From positions 1 through 28,282 of IMG/VR virus record IMGVR_UViG_3300022690_000579: DNA of 28,282 nt, one strand, 5' to 3'. Origin of the DNA: a virus. Lineage: Duplodnaviria; Caudoviricetes. A model generated the notes under the pieces. That model was not told the DNA's origin. It was given only the letters and a program-made list of their open reading frames with translations, and did no database searches. Every line of letters begins with the position of its first letter. The stretch's first letter is position 1. A program made the translations under genes and the position numbers. Positions 15,809 to 24,358 of this stretch are shown one piece after another.

Positions 15809-16810
15809 ATGTCACAAGCATTATGGGCAATGGTAAATCGGTTTCACAACATTGGAGGACCAGATGTTATTGGATTTCCTCCACTAGGGATAGGTAGAAA
15901 ATACTATGTAGATGGTGCTAATGGAGATGACGATCTAGCTGGTGATCGTCCTGATAGGCCAAAGCTCACATTAGGAGCAGCATTTGATAGGTGTGTTGCA
16001 GGTCAAAATGATGCTGTTGTTGTCATTGGTAATGGTGTTATAGGAGGTTCAGTTCTTCTCTCATCAGCATTCGCTTGGGATAAGAACGCTACTCATCTAT
16101 TTGGTATCACTGCTCCAACTACTACAGCACAGAGAGCTAGAATTGCGAGTCTTGCTACTGCTGCATCATTTACACCAATGATAACTGTTTCTGCAGATGG
16201 TTGTATGTTTAACAATCTCCATTTTGTTCATGAATTTAATTCTGATGTAGACGATGCAAATGAAACTTGCTGGAGAGATACAGGACAAAGAAACTACTAT
16301 GGTAATGTTCATTTCTCAGGAATTGTAAGTCCAGCAGCAGCCGCAGGAACAACAGCACGAACACTACATATTGGTTCTGGGGGTAATGGTGAGCATACAT
16401 TCTATCGTTGTACTATTGGTAATGATACACGAAGTAGAGGTGCTGCTAATGCTACTCTAGAATTTTCTGGTGCTACACCCCGTAGTAGATTCATTGAGTG
16501 TGTGTTCCCATTTCAAACTTCCGCTGCTGGTGTGTTGGGTATCATTAGCACTACAGGTGGTATGGACAGATGGCAACTGTTCGAGCGTTGTGTATTCATT
16601 AACAATGTAGGATCTGGGACCACAACGATGGCAGCCTTGGCAACTATTCCTGCTTCTCCTGGTGGAATTCTTCTTATTAAGGATTGCACAAGAGTGGATA
16701 TCACAGATCTTGGCACGGATGCTAATAGTCTCGCTGCTATCTTTGTAGATGGTGCACCTCTGCCAGTTGGTGATGATGCTGGTAAGGCAGTTGTAGCTAT
16801 TGCTACGTAG
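15809..16810 (+). CDS. Right-handed beta-helix (pectin-lyase-like) virion protein / tailspike-like
   Basis: YYVDGANGDDDLAGDRPDRPKLTLGAAFD is a typical beta-helix N-cap motif; periodic FxxCxF/I rungs (FYRCTI, FIECVF, FERCVF, IKDCT). Confidence 0.7.
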   Translation: MSQALWAMVNRFHNIGGPDVIGFPPLGIGRKYYVDGANGDDDLAGDRPDRPKLTLGAAFDRCVAGQNDAVVVIGNGVIGGSVLLSSAFAWDKNATHLFGITAPTTTAQRARIASLATAASFTPMITVSADGCMFNNLHFVHEFNSDVDDANETCWRDTGQRNYYGNVHFSGIVSPAAAAGTTARTLHIGSGGNGEHTFYRCTIGNDTRSRGAANATLEFSGATPRSRFIECVFPFQTSAAGVLGIISTTGGMDRWQLFERCVFINNVGSGTTTMAALATIPASPGGILLIKDCTRVDITDLGTDANSLAAIFVDGAPLPVGDDAGKAVVAIAT

Positions 16811-16821
16811 GGAGGTGAGAT

Positions 16822-17031
16822 GTGGCAGTTACTTACGAGCAGTTCAATTATGATTATAAGGTTGATGGGGACTTTGTAGAATTTTTGAATGACAAATCTA
16901 GTCCTCCAGGTAATATGGAATTAGTCTTTATACAATCTTTAGGTTCCCCTTTTATAGATGGAGCTAGGGTTCCTGTTACAGGTGAAATAAGAATGCAAAG
17001 TGTTTGTTATTTTATGAGAAAAGGGGCATAG
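16822..17031 (+). CDS. Small hypothetical protein
   Basis: 69 aa, GTG start with strong SD ggaggtg. Confidence 0.6.
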   Translation: MAVTYEQFNYDYKVDGDFVEFLNDKSSPPGNMELVFIQSLGSPFIDGARVPVTGEIRMQSVCYFMRKGA

Positions 17032-17035
17032 GAGT

Positions 17036-17186
17036 TTGGACTGTCTCACATTATTAGGAGAAGGCTTGAGGAGGCCGGTGAATACTCTTAATAAGTGAGG
17101 CAGTCCAATTAGAGTCGCCGAGGGGCTACTTATAGCCAGAGTAGACGAGACCTCTGGGGGAGGCGCAGTTAATATCCCCCACTTTT
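17036..17186 (+). ncRNA. Candidate structured RNA (long hairpin plus pseudoknot/terminator domain)
   Basis: About 24-bp stem at 17036-17108 with G-U pairs. Second domain has gagg/cctc, ggcta/tagcc, tggggg/ccccca followed by ctttt, and a cgcc/ggcg loop pairing. Largest non-coding gap in the operon. Confidence 0.55.
17155..17186 (+). terminator. Possible intrinsic terminator
   Basis: tggggg/ccccca stem followed by ctttt; the 15-nt loop is atypically long. Confidence 0.3.
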
Positions 17187-17205
17187 AATAAAAGGATTAC
17201 CAAAT

Positions 17206-17379
17206 ATGAATAAAAAACTTGAAATAGGAGATAGAGTTTTTGTAGTATTTGGACCCCATATGTCGTTTAATACTAGGGATGAAGCTAATAATTATGCAAA
17301 GGAAGCAGGGCCTACTTTCAAGATTGTGGAATGTAAAGTTGATAAAATTGAAGATGTTACTAAAGAATTTTTAGGATAA
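17206..17379 (+). CDS. Small hypothetical protein (57 aa; not in ORF track)
   Basis: SD aagga; MNKKLEIGDRVFVVFGPHMSFNTRDEANNYAKEAGPTFKIVECKVDKIEDVTKEFLG. Confidence 0.6.
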   Translation: MNKKLEIGDRVFVVFGPHMSFNTRDEANNYAKEAGPTFKIVECKVDKIEDVTKEFLG

Positions 17380-17383
17380 TCAT

Positions 17384-17656
17384 ATGGCAGAATCATTTAG
17401 AACATTTGATCAGGATAGAGAAGAAAATAAGGGAGTAGTGAAATCCTATACGTTATTTGTTTTCTTCTCGGAGGATGTAGACAAGGACAGATTAAAATTG
17501 CTTGAATTAGGAAAAGAAGATACAGAGTTAATGAATGAGTTTGCTAAAGCCCTATCAAATCTGACAAAATGTAAGCTTATTAATAAAATTGAAATGGGAC
17601 CATTTAGCACTGGAAATGATGATGTAGTTACAAGTCTTATAACTAATTCCAAATAA
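17384..17656 (+). CDS. Hypothetical protein
   Basis: 90 aa, TAATG-coupled to the nozzle gene. Confidence 0.55.
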   Translation: MAESFRTFDQDREENKGVVKSYTLFVFFSEDVDKDRLKLLELGKEDTELMNEFAKALSNLTKCKLINKIEMGPFSTGNDDVVTSLITNSK

Positions 17657-19182
17657 TGCCTATTAGACCGGGAGTCCTCAGGGATCATCCTTCAGTAGTC
17701 ATAGAAGAGTTCAATGGCTATTGGAATCGTGGTGGCGAAGAAGCTGTGCCTCTGGATCATTTTGATGATTGTGATAATATTAAATATATTGAGGGAGGAT
17801 TTGAGACGCGTGATGGGATAAATACATTTGTTGCACAGACTAATATCGTTCGTATGTATAATTATAAACTACAAAATGCTGAATCTTTGATTATGTTGGA
17901 TTCAAGTGGAAATATTCATCATGCACTTCTAGACGGAACTGAGACAATTCATACTAATATTCTCCAAATAGCTGCAATGGAAGATTTTGGATTTGTGGCA
18001 GTAGCAGGAAGAGCATACATTACACCATTTGAAATTTATCTAGATACTGATGGTGTGAATAAAGCTAGAGGATTAACTGGTGAATTCCTGTATGTGTATC
18101 TTGGGGCAGGTGTTGCTGCTAGAAAGGCTGCTGGTAATCCTATAACTGGTTCGGCTATGACTGTAGTAGAAGGAGCCGGAGCAGGATTTTATGAATTAGG
18201 ATTCCATTTGTTTGCTATTGTATCTGAAACTGATACTGGTTTCTTAGCAGCTCCCGGTCCAGCAATCTTTACTGGATTTACGGTTATAGATGCTACTAAA
18301 GAATTAGATTTGAGTGGTGTTTTAGTATCAGCAGATACAGCTGTAACCAGAAGGCATATCATAGCTACAAAAACTATAATTAATTACAATGGAGATCAGG
18401 ATGGATTTCAGTTCTTCTTTGTGCCTAATGGAGTTATTGAGGATAATACAACAACTACAATCAGCATCTCCGCCTTTGATATTGATCTCTTGACGGATGC
18501 CTCACATCTTATAGAAAATTTCAGTGAAATTCCTGCTGGTGTATCATTAAGTAAATATCATGCACGGCTGGTCCTCACAACAGAATTTGCCAATGTATCA
18601 CTCGCAAGATTGAGTTTTCCTGGTGAACCGGAATCATTTAATCAAGTAGATGGATTCGTTATTATTCCATTAGATGGAAGGAATATTACAATCGCGCAGG
18701 AATTCAGAGATGTTCTATACTATTTCAAACAAGTAAGAACATACGCAACTGCTGATAATGGAGGTGCTCCTGCTACTTGGTCAGTAGTTACAATCGATCA
18801 AGGAAAAGGTGCTCCTGTTCATGGAATTGCAGAGGTATTGGATTCGGGTGGTATCAATGTTGATATGTTGTTGATTTCTGATTTTTCTGGTGTAATAATG
18901 TTTAATGGAGCATATTCAGAGCCAGAATTATCATGGAAGATTCAGGATTTCTGGCGTGCTTTTGATAGAAATTTGTTTCATAGAATTCAAGTAATAATTG
19001 ATACTGTTGATGAGATAATTTACTTTACTCTTCCTGATCAGAGAATGTTGATTGCTGATTACAATAGAGGTATGGATGCTCAGAATATTCGATGGTCTCC
19101 TTGGCAATTTGATGTTCGAGCTAATACGATTGCGCTGATTGAGACTAATTCATTAGTAATTGGCTCGACTGGAGAGTTCTAA
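17656..19182 (+). CDS. Tail nozzle / tail tubular protein B-like (P22 gp10-like), N-terminal beta-propeller portion
   Basis: 508 aa. Start IEEFNGYWN...CDNIKY...FETRDG, plus YHARLVL, LSFPGEPESF, ITIAQEFRDVLYYFK and ELSWKIQDFW, are typical of podophage nozzle propellers; located after the adaptor. Confidence 0.7.
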   Translation: MPIRPGVLRDHPSVVIEEFNGYWNRGGEEAVPLDHFDDCDNIKYIEGGFETRDGINTFVAQTNIVRMYNYKLQNAESLIMLDSSGNIHHALLDGTETIHTNILQIAAMEDFGFVAVAGRAYITPFEIYLDTDGVNKARGLTGEFLYVYLGAGVAARKAAGNPITGSAMTVVEGAGAGFYELGFHLFAIVSETDTGFLAAPGPAIFTGFTVIDATKELDLSGVLVSADTAVTRRHIIATKTIINYNGDQDGFQFFFVPNGVIEDNTTTTISISAFDIDLLTDASHLIENFSEIPAGVSLSKYHARLVLTTEFANVSLARLSFPGEPESFNQVDGFVIIPLDGRNITIAQEFRDVLYYFKQVRTYATADNGGAPATWSVVTIDQGKGAPVHGIAEVLDSGGINVDMLLISDFSGVIMFNGAYSEPELSWKIQDFWRAFDRNLFHRIQVIIDTVDEIIYFTLPDQRMLIADYNRGMDAQNIRWSPWQFDVRANTIALIETNSLVIGSTGEF

Positions 19183-19493
19183 TGACACGATGGCGCCCAG
19201 ACACATGTGGTTGTGAATTGATATTCAAGGATGGGCCTGAGAATACTCCTACATTTGTTAAACAGTGTAATGATCATTTGCAGGATACCGAGCTGACTGT
19301 ATGGGATGAGAATAGAGAGAAAAATAAATCTATCAGTATTTTAATGGAGGCAGGATTTAAGGAAGAAGATATTACATGGGAATTTGAAAAGAAAGGTGGG
19401 GGACAGAGATTATTAAAAATATATGTTCCTCTTGCTGGTCCTATGATAGCAATGGCCAGTTCTAAAGTTCACTTGTTTAGAAGAAGTAAGTAA
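19182..19493 (+). CDS. Small Cys/His-containing protein (possible fibre chaperone)
   Basis: 103 aa with WRPDTCGC...CNDH; translationally coupled on both sides. Confidence 0.6.
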   Translation: MTRWRPDTCGCELIFKDGPENTPTFVKQCNDHLQDTELTVWDENREKNKSISILMEAGFKEEDITWEFEKKGGGQRLLKIYVPLAGPMIAMASSKVHLFRRSK

Positions 19494-20833
19494 TGGGCAC
19501 AGCAGCCGTTCATATGTCGACAAGTACTGGATCATCAATTCCTATTACTGCTAATACAAATCGTTTTATTCGTCCCGGTTGTGGTGCATTTTTTTCTCCC
19601 TCAGTATTTGAATTTCAGATGAGGGTTATTTGGAGAACTGCTGGGGTATGGTCTAATTTATGGGTTAGAGTTGTATCAAATAGTAATGATTTGACAGCTC
19701 ATTTTTTTAGTAGAATAAATGCTGCTGATGGAAATCAAGATATTTCTATCGCAGCAGCTACTACGGGTATTTTTCAAGATAGTTCAAATACTGACACAAT
19801 AGCAGCAGGAGACTTACTATCTATTAGAACTGCTGCTGCTCATAGTTCAGTCTCAATAAGTGGTCTACAAATAAGTATTATTCAATCTATATTCACTGCA
19901 ACTGCCGCGGAAAGAGTATATAGACTTACATGTGGTCAACAGACAGGCTTTAATGGTACAGGATTCGTTTCTTGTATGGCAGGATCTCCTGCTGATGTTG
20001 CTGAGACTCCTCTTCAGGCGCATATTCCCGGTGGCACTATGCGTAATGGTGCTATTCGTGTATGGATTCAAAATCGAAATGGGGCTTCTACTCTTGTTCT
20101 TCGCGTTAATGAATTAGATACCTTACTAACTATTTCTATTGCAGCATCAACAACTGGATATTTTGAGGATACTTCTAATGCAATAACCGTATTTGATCGA
20201 GATAGGGCAAACTGGCATTTTACATTAGGAGGAAATTCGGGGCTTTTCTTTTTCAATGATATATCTGTTGATCTAGTTACTACTGCATTTTTTGGTGGCG
20301 GATCTAGAGTTGGAGGAGGTATTGATTTAAGAGTAGGATCAGATGGTTTATGTGCCCATAGTGCGTGGCATTATCAAATTTCGACTGCTAATGAATCACA
20401 AGTTCAAGCAGAAGCATTAGTAACTGATACGTGGGCGGGTATAATTGTTGTAATTCCCACTAATGGTCAGAATGGTTCATGTGAGTGGAGAAGTAGAGTT
20501 GGTGGTTCAGATAGCACCTTAACTGTTACGGTAGCAGCATTTACTACAGGGACTTTTGAATCAACTGGTTCTTCAATATCTGTTACTCCAACTACTTTGA
20601 TTAATCTAAGAAGACTAAGTAATGGTACTAATGCTGATGCCTTAAATTACTTCACTCATAATTTCTTTGAAGCTGCTAGTGCTCCGCCTGCTGGTGATAC
20701 TTTATTAGGTGGTATTTATAGATTAATTCCTGCTAGAACTCAGGATACTCTTTATACAGGATTTGGCCCTGTTACCACTCAGAATAATAAAATTCCCGAT
20801 CCTTTATTTAGGCTAGCATTGGTTGGAGATTAA
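19493..20833 (+). CDS. Virion appendage protein with three ~130-aa repeats and a short nozzle-like C-terminal segment
   Basis: Three copies of a segment ending [IV][ST][IV]AAxTTGxF[QE], spaced about 390 nt apart; C-terminal GGIYRLIPARTQDTLY...KIPDPLFRLALVGD. Confidence 0.65.
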   Translation: MGTAAVHMSTSTGSSIPITANTNRFIRPGCGAFFSPSVFEFQMRVIWRTAGVWSNLWVRVVSNSNDLTAHFFSRINAADGNQDISIAAATTGIFQDSSNTDTIAAGDLLSIRTAAAHSSVSISGLQISIIQSIFTATAAERVYRLTCGQQTGFNGTGFVSCMAGSPADVAETPLQAHIPGGTMRNGAIRVWIQNRNGASTLVLRVNELDTLLTISIAASTTGYFEDTSNAITVFDRDRANWHFTLGGNSGLFFFNDISVDLVTTAFFGGGSRVGGGIDLRVGSDGLCAHSAWHYQISTANESQVQAEALVTDTWAGIIVVIPTNGQNGSCEWRSRVGGSDSTLTVTVAAFTTGTFESTGSSISVTPTTLINLRRLSNGTNADALNYFTHNFFEAASAPPAGDTLLGGIYRLIPARTQDTLYTGFGPVTTQNNKIPDPLFRLALVGD

Positions 20834-20835
20834 TT

Positions 20836-20976
20836 ATGAGTAAGAGGAGACAGGCATCGTATCAGGGTTATGAAAATTTGGGTAGACAAAAGATACTGCA
20901 TGAGATATATGAAATTCTAAAGGATAAATATCCTGAAGTAGCTAAGCTTTTAATGGATAGGTTTGGTAAAGAATAA
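20836..20976 (+). CDS. Small hypothetical protein (46 aa; not in ORF track)
   Basis: SD ggag; MSKRRQASYQGYENLGRQKILHEIYEILKDKYPEVAKLLMDRFGKE; abuts the next ATG. Confidence 0.55.
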   Translation: MSKRRQASYQGYENLGRQKILHEIYEILKDKYPEVAKLLMDRFGKE

Positions 20977-21237
20977 ATGCCAATCAGAGCTGTCTCAAAG
21001 ATAGCTAATAAAAATCGATTAAGTAGTTCATGGTCTGCTGAACAGTGTGTTGAGGGTTTTTTGGAGGATATTAGAGCTAAGAAAGTAAAACCTATCAAAT
21101 TAATGATTGCATATTTTGAGGAAGATGGAAATGGTAATCTTCTTCCTAGAAGATATTATGCACAAATAAATGATACGGAAGAAATTGCATTGTTAACATT
21201 ATTGACAAAATTAAGTGTAGATGATTGGTTTAAATAA
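20977..21237 (+). CDS. Hypothetical protein
   Basis: 86 aa, TAATG-coupled to the next gene. Confidence 0.55.
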   Translation: MPIRAVSKIANKNRLSSSWSAEQCVEGFLEDIRAKKVKPIKLMIAYFEEDGNGNLLPRRYYAQINDTEEIALLTLLTKLSVDDWFK

Positions 21238-21545
21238 TGCCAATAGGAGCTGCACGATCTCATGGTAGTGGTGGTGAAAACATTAACCATTTTACTGGTG
21301 TAAGAATGCGTGTAATTGGCACGGGTGATTTACAGATGACATTATTTAGTCAAGATTCAGTTCGTAGTCAAACCTTAGTACCATTTACGATGGCGACTAT
21401 AGCTAGGATTAGTCCCTTCAGATTAACTTCTTTTGTGGAACAGCGTGCACAGCTTGAGGGTAGAACTACGGCGATAAATGAAACTTTTAGAATCAATCGG
21501 ATAATTCTTTATGTTAAGCCTATCTTTACGATGGAACCGGGGTAA
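21237..21545 (+). CDS. Putative stand-alone C-terminal beta-sandwich domain of the tail nozzle
   Basis: HFTGVRMRVIGTGDLQMTL...RAQLEGRTTAINETFRINRIILYVK resembles the C-terminal domain pattern of gp10/tubular-B-like proteins. Confidence 0.5.
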   Translation: MPIGAARSHGSGGENINHFTGVRMRVIGTGDLQMTLFSQDSVRSQTLVPFTMATIARISPFRLTSFVEQRAQLEGRTTAINETFRINRIILYVKPIFTMEPG

Positions 21546-21558
21546 TTGGAGAAGATAA

Positions 21559-21903
21559 ATGGCTAAAACTGCAACACGTCTTGTAGGTCCAGCATTAATT
21601 GCTACAGGACCTACCACTGTGTATACTGTACCAGCATTAACAAAAACTATTATTAGACATATTCATATATCTAATCCATCTGGATCTCCTGTTACATTTA
21701 CATTATCAATTGGAACAGATGCGGCTGGCACTAGATTGTGGGAAACTTATAGTATCCCTGCCGCCGCTGCTGGTGTGGTTGATTCTGTTCGGGAGATTTA
21801 TATGTATCTAATTATGGATGCAGCTGAGATTTTAACTCTTTCAGCAGGAACAAATAATATTCTAAATATTACAATTAGTGGTGATGAACTTACTCTTGGA
21901 TAA
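21559..21903 (+). CDS. Small jelly-roll-like virion protein
   Basis: 114 aa with TTVYTVPA..KTIIRHIHISN, a motif common in small phage tail-region proteins; SD ggag. Confidence 0.65.
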   Translation: MAKTATRLVGPALIATGPTTVYTVPALTKTIIRHIHISNPSGSPVTFTLSIGTDAAGTRLWETYSIPAAAAGVVDSVREIYMYLIMDAAEILTLSAGTNNILNITISGDELTLG

Positions 21904-21906
21904 GGA

Positions 21907-22680
21907 ATGCCTTTTCAGCCAGATGACAGTTTACCTGATTTTTCACGATTGAAGTCTACTTTTTTAGGTGCTAGAGAACAAACTAAGAATTATCTTTTAT
22001 TTCAAACAATTATTGATTTTTTGGATTCTACACAGAAACTGAAAACAATATTTTCCAAGCAGATAGGTGACTTAGAGGCAATTGTAGAAGCATTACCTCC
22101 CCCTGTAAGAGATATAAGTAACTTCATATCTATAGATGGGGAGGATGGAATAGACGGATTGTTCTTTCCGGGTGGGGTAGGTCCAACAGGTAACACTGGA
22201 CCGGCAGGTAGTAGTGGAGGTTTATTAATAGGGCCTCCTGGATTAGATGGATTGGATGGTGAAGAGGGATTCACGGGTCTTCCTGGTATACAAGGTCCAA
22301 GAGGTAATATAGGTAATTTAAGTATTTATAAAGTAGGAGTTACAATCGATGGTTCTGGCTCTGCTATCTCAACTGGACAGAAAGGTTATAGTACCATACC
22401 AGTAACAGGAACCATAACCAAAATAAGATTACTTGCAGATCAGTCTGGTAGTGTAGTGATAGATGTTTGGAATGATGCATTTGCTAATTATCCCCCTACT
22501 GTTGCTGATACTATCACTGCTTCTGCTCTGCCTACTCTTTCTAGTGCAGATAGTGTTGAAGATACTACACTTACTGGCTGGACTACTGCTGTAACGGCAG
22601 GTGATGTATTAGGATTCAATGTAGATTCAGCAACTACTATAACTCGTGTGACTCTTGAAATTGAGATAACGGCGCCATGA
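21907..22680 (+). CDS. Collagen-like fibre protein
   Basis: N-terminal helical anchor, interrupted Gly-X-Y repeats (GPTGNTGPAG, GPPGLDGLDGEEGFTGLPGIQGPRG) and a C-terminal beta-sandwich head (VTAGDVLGFNVDS). Confidence 0.75.
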   Translation: MPFQPDDSLPDFSRLKSTFLGAREQTKNYLLFQTIIDFLDSTQKLKTIFSKQIGDLEAIVEALPPPVRDISNFISIDGEDGIDGLFFPGGVGPTGNTGPAGSSGGLLIGPPGLDGLDGEEGFTGLPGIQGPRGNIGNLSIYKVGVTIDGSGSAISTGQKGYSTIPVTGTITKIRLLADQSGSVVIDVWNDAFANYPPTVADTITASALPTLSSADSVEDTTLTGWTTAVTAGDVLGFNVDSATTITRVTLEIEITAP

Positions 22681-23090
22681 TGACTTATGTTGCAATAGTA
22701 ATTGTAGATGCTCAGGTGGCTAGAGATCAGGAAATTAAGAGGAATTTAGATTATAATATTGTTAGACGCCCCAATATATCTCAAGGTCAATTAAATATGC
22801 TAAGGAAGCGTATTGAAAATTCACATGGTAAATTAAGACCAGTGGGGACATTACATACAGTTGTAGCTTTAGAATGTCCAGAAGATATGCCTAATTGCAG
22901 AAATTGTGGTGATCCAGAAGAAGATTGTTATGGTCCTAATCATTGTCCATCTTGTGGAACATTACACGGTTGCGCACCTGATCGTATAGTTGCTCAGAAT
23001 GGTTATAAGCTGATTTCCATTGATAATCTTCCAACAGAAGATCAAATGTGGGATGTAAAGACAGAGATGTTTATTTCTCGTGAAGTCTAA
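22677..23090 (+). CDS. Cys-rich hypothetical protein (possible metal-binding fibre chaperone)
   Basis: 137 aa with CPEDMPNCRNCGDPEEDCYGPNHCPSCGTLHGC (7 Cys, 2 His). Confidence 0.6.
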   Translation: MMTYVAIVIVDAQVARDQEIKRNLDYNIVRRPNISQGQLNMLRKRIENSHGKLRPVGTLHTVVALECPEDMPNCRNCGDPEEDCYGPNHCPSCGTLHGCAPDRIVAQNGYKLISIDNLPTEDQMWDVKTEMFISREV

Positions 23091-23947
23091 TGCTTGCTAC
23101 AACTATTGAAACACTTGGTGCTGTTAGTAGTAGTGCTTCTAGAGGCACTCATGTTCCTGGTTCGGGGACCGCGAATGTTAAAAGTGCCTATGTTGAATTT
23201 GATGCATCTACATCTCTTCTTGTTGCATGGCTACAGTTTCAGTATGGCTATAGTAGCACTAATGTCTTAGCTGGTGATCATTTATGGGATTTAGCTACTG
23301 GGGCGGCGGCATCAGAAGTAGATGTAATTAATGATATGATATTTTCTTCACCAGCAGTTGTAGCAGGAACACATGCCCCCACTTTTTATCCCCTAGAAAT
23401 TGCTACATCTACTCGCCTTTCTATTAGAGAACAGATAAATGCTGCATCATCATCTGCTGTTCTATCTATTACTTTTCAAATAGCAGCAACATTAGATATA
23501 CCAGGAGCATCAGTAATTACATCATATGGTCCTGACACATCAGATTCAGGAGGTCTTCAGGTTGATCCTGGTGGAACTACTAATACTAAAGGATCTTATA
23601 GTGAATTATCTGCATCCGGTGTTGCATTGAATTATCTTACAGCATCTCAGGGAGCTAGAGATAATACGGCAGCTACTACTGCTGCATGGCTTATTGATCT
23701 TGCAACAGGAGCAGCAGCATCAGAAGTAGATTTCTTAGATGATTGGTTTACTACCATAAGTGGTAATACTGATGTGCCTTTTGGTATGAATCTTTCTACT
23801 AGTGTTCCTCCAATTGCAGCTACTGCTAGGCTTTCTGTTCGCGCGCAATGTTCGATTAATGATGCTACTGATAGATTACTTGATGTGAGTATTTATGTAT
23901 CTGATGTGACAGAACCTTCTGGTGGAGAAACTAGTCATGTCTTCTAG
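23090..23947 (+). CDS. Virion appendage protein with two ~136-aa repeats
   Basis: DLATGAAASEVD occurs twice (23288 and 23696) with flanking similarity (TANVKSAYVE/TTNTKGSYSE; IATSTRLSIR/IAATARLSVR). Confidence 0.65.
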   Translation: MLATTIETLGAVSSSASRGTHVPGSGTANVKSAYVEFDASTSLLVAWLQFQYGYSSTNVLAGDHLWDLATGAAASEVDVINDMIFSSPAVVAGTHAPTFYPLEIATSTRLSIREQINAASSSAVLSITFQIAATLDIPGASVITSYGPDTSDSGGLQVDPGGTTNTKGSYSELSASGVALNYLTASQGARDNTAATTAAWLIDLATGAAASEVDFLDDWFTTISGNTDVPFGMNLSTSVPPIAATARLSVRAQCSINDATDRLLDVSIYVSDVTEPSGGETSHVF

Positions 23948-23959
23948 ATTAGGACGGAA

Positions 23960-24358
23960 ATGAAAATTAGACCCTTAAGAGGAGAAGATATAGATTCTCT
24001 TAAGGAGATAAATTCCAGATGTCATCCTAAAGATGCATTTCCTGATTTCAAGAATTTCTATCCTCCTATTGTTGTAATTACAGATGACTATGATCGTGTT
24101 ATTATGGCTGGTGGAGTAGAATCAATCGCGGAAGCTGTTACTATTACAGATAGAAAATTTTCACCACATGTTAGAGTTACTGCATTAAAGAAATTATTGA
24201 GAAGTATGTTACTTACATGTGATAGAGTTAATCAGAATTATCTACATGCATTCGTTGTAAGTAATGATGAAATACATATAAGAGCTATCAAAGCTGTAGG
24301 ATTCAAATCAGTGGGTAGTGAAGCATTCTTTTTAGAGGTTGGAAATGGGCAAAAGTAG
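23960..24358 (+). CDS. GNAT-fold-like protein (T7 gp13 / internal virion protein A position)
   Basis: MKIRPLRGEDIDSLKEI start and IRAIKAVGFK C-terminal motif; directly before the ejection genes, as in many podophages. Confidence 0.6.
   Translation: MKIRPLRGEDIDSLKEINSRCHPKDAFPDFKNFYPPIVVITDDYDRVIMAGGVESIAEAVTITDRKFSPHVRVTALKKLLRSMLLTCDRVNQNYLHAFVVSNDEIHIRAIKAVGFKSVGSEAFFLEVGNGQK

Noticed and set aside
2646-20117. Nested + strand alternate-frame ORFs 2646..2834, 4216..4485 and 19932..20117
   Set aside because: They lie wholly inside longer motif-bearing genes and are short, with no supporting features.
19182-21237. Self-splicing introns or inteins explaining the split nozzle
   Set aside because: The intervening DNA is fully coding with coupled starts, and I see no homing endonuclease, reverse transcriptase or intron core.
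22677-23090. Radical SAM maturase for the RiPP-like peptide
   Set aside because: The Cys spacing is not CxxxCxxC, and 137 aa is far too short for a radical SAM barrel.
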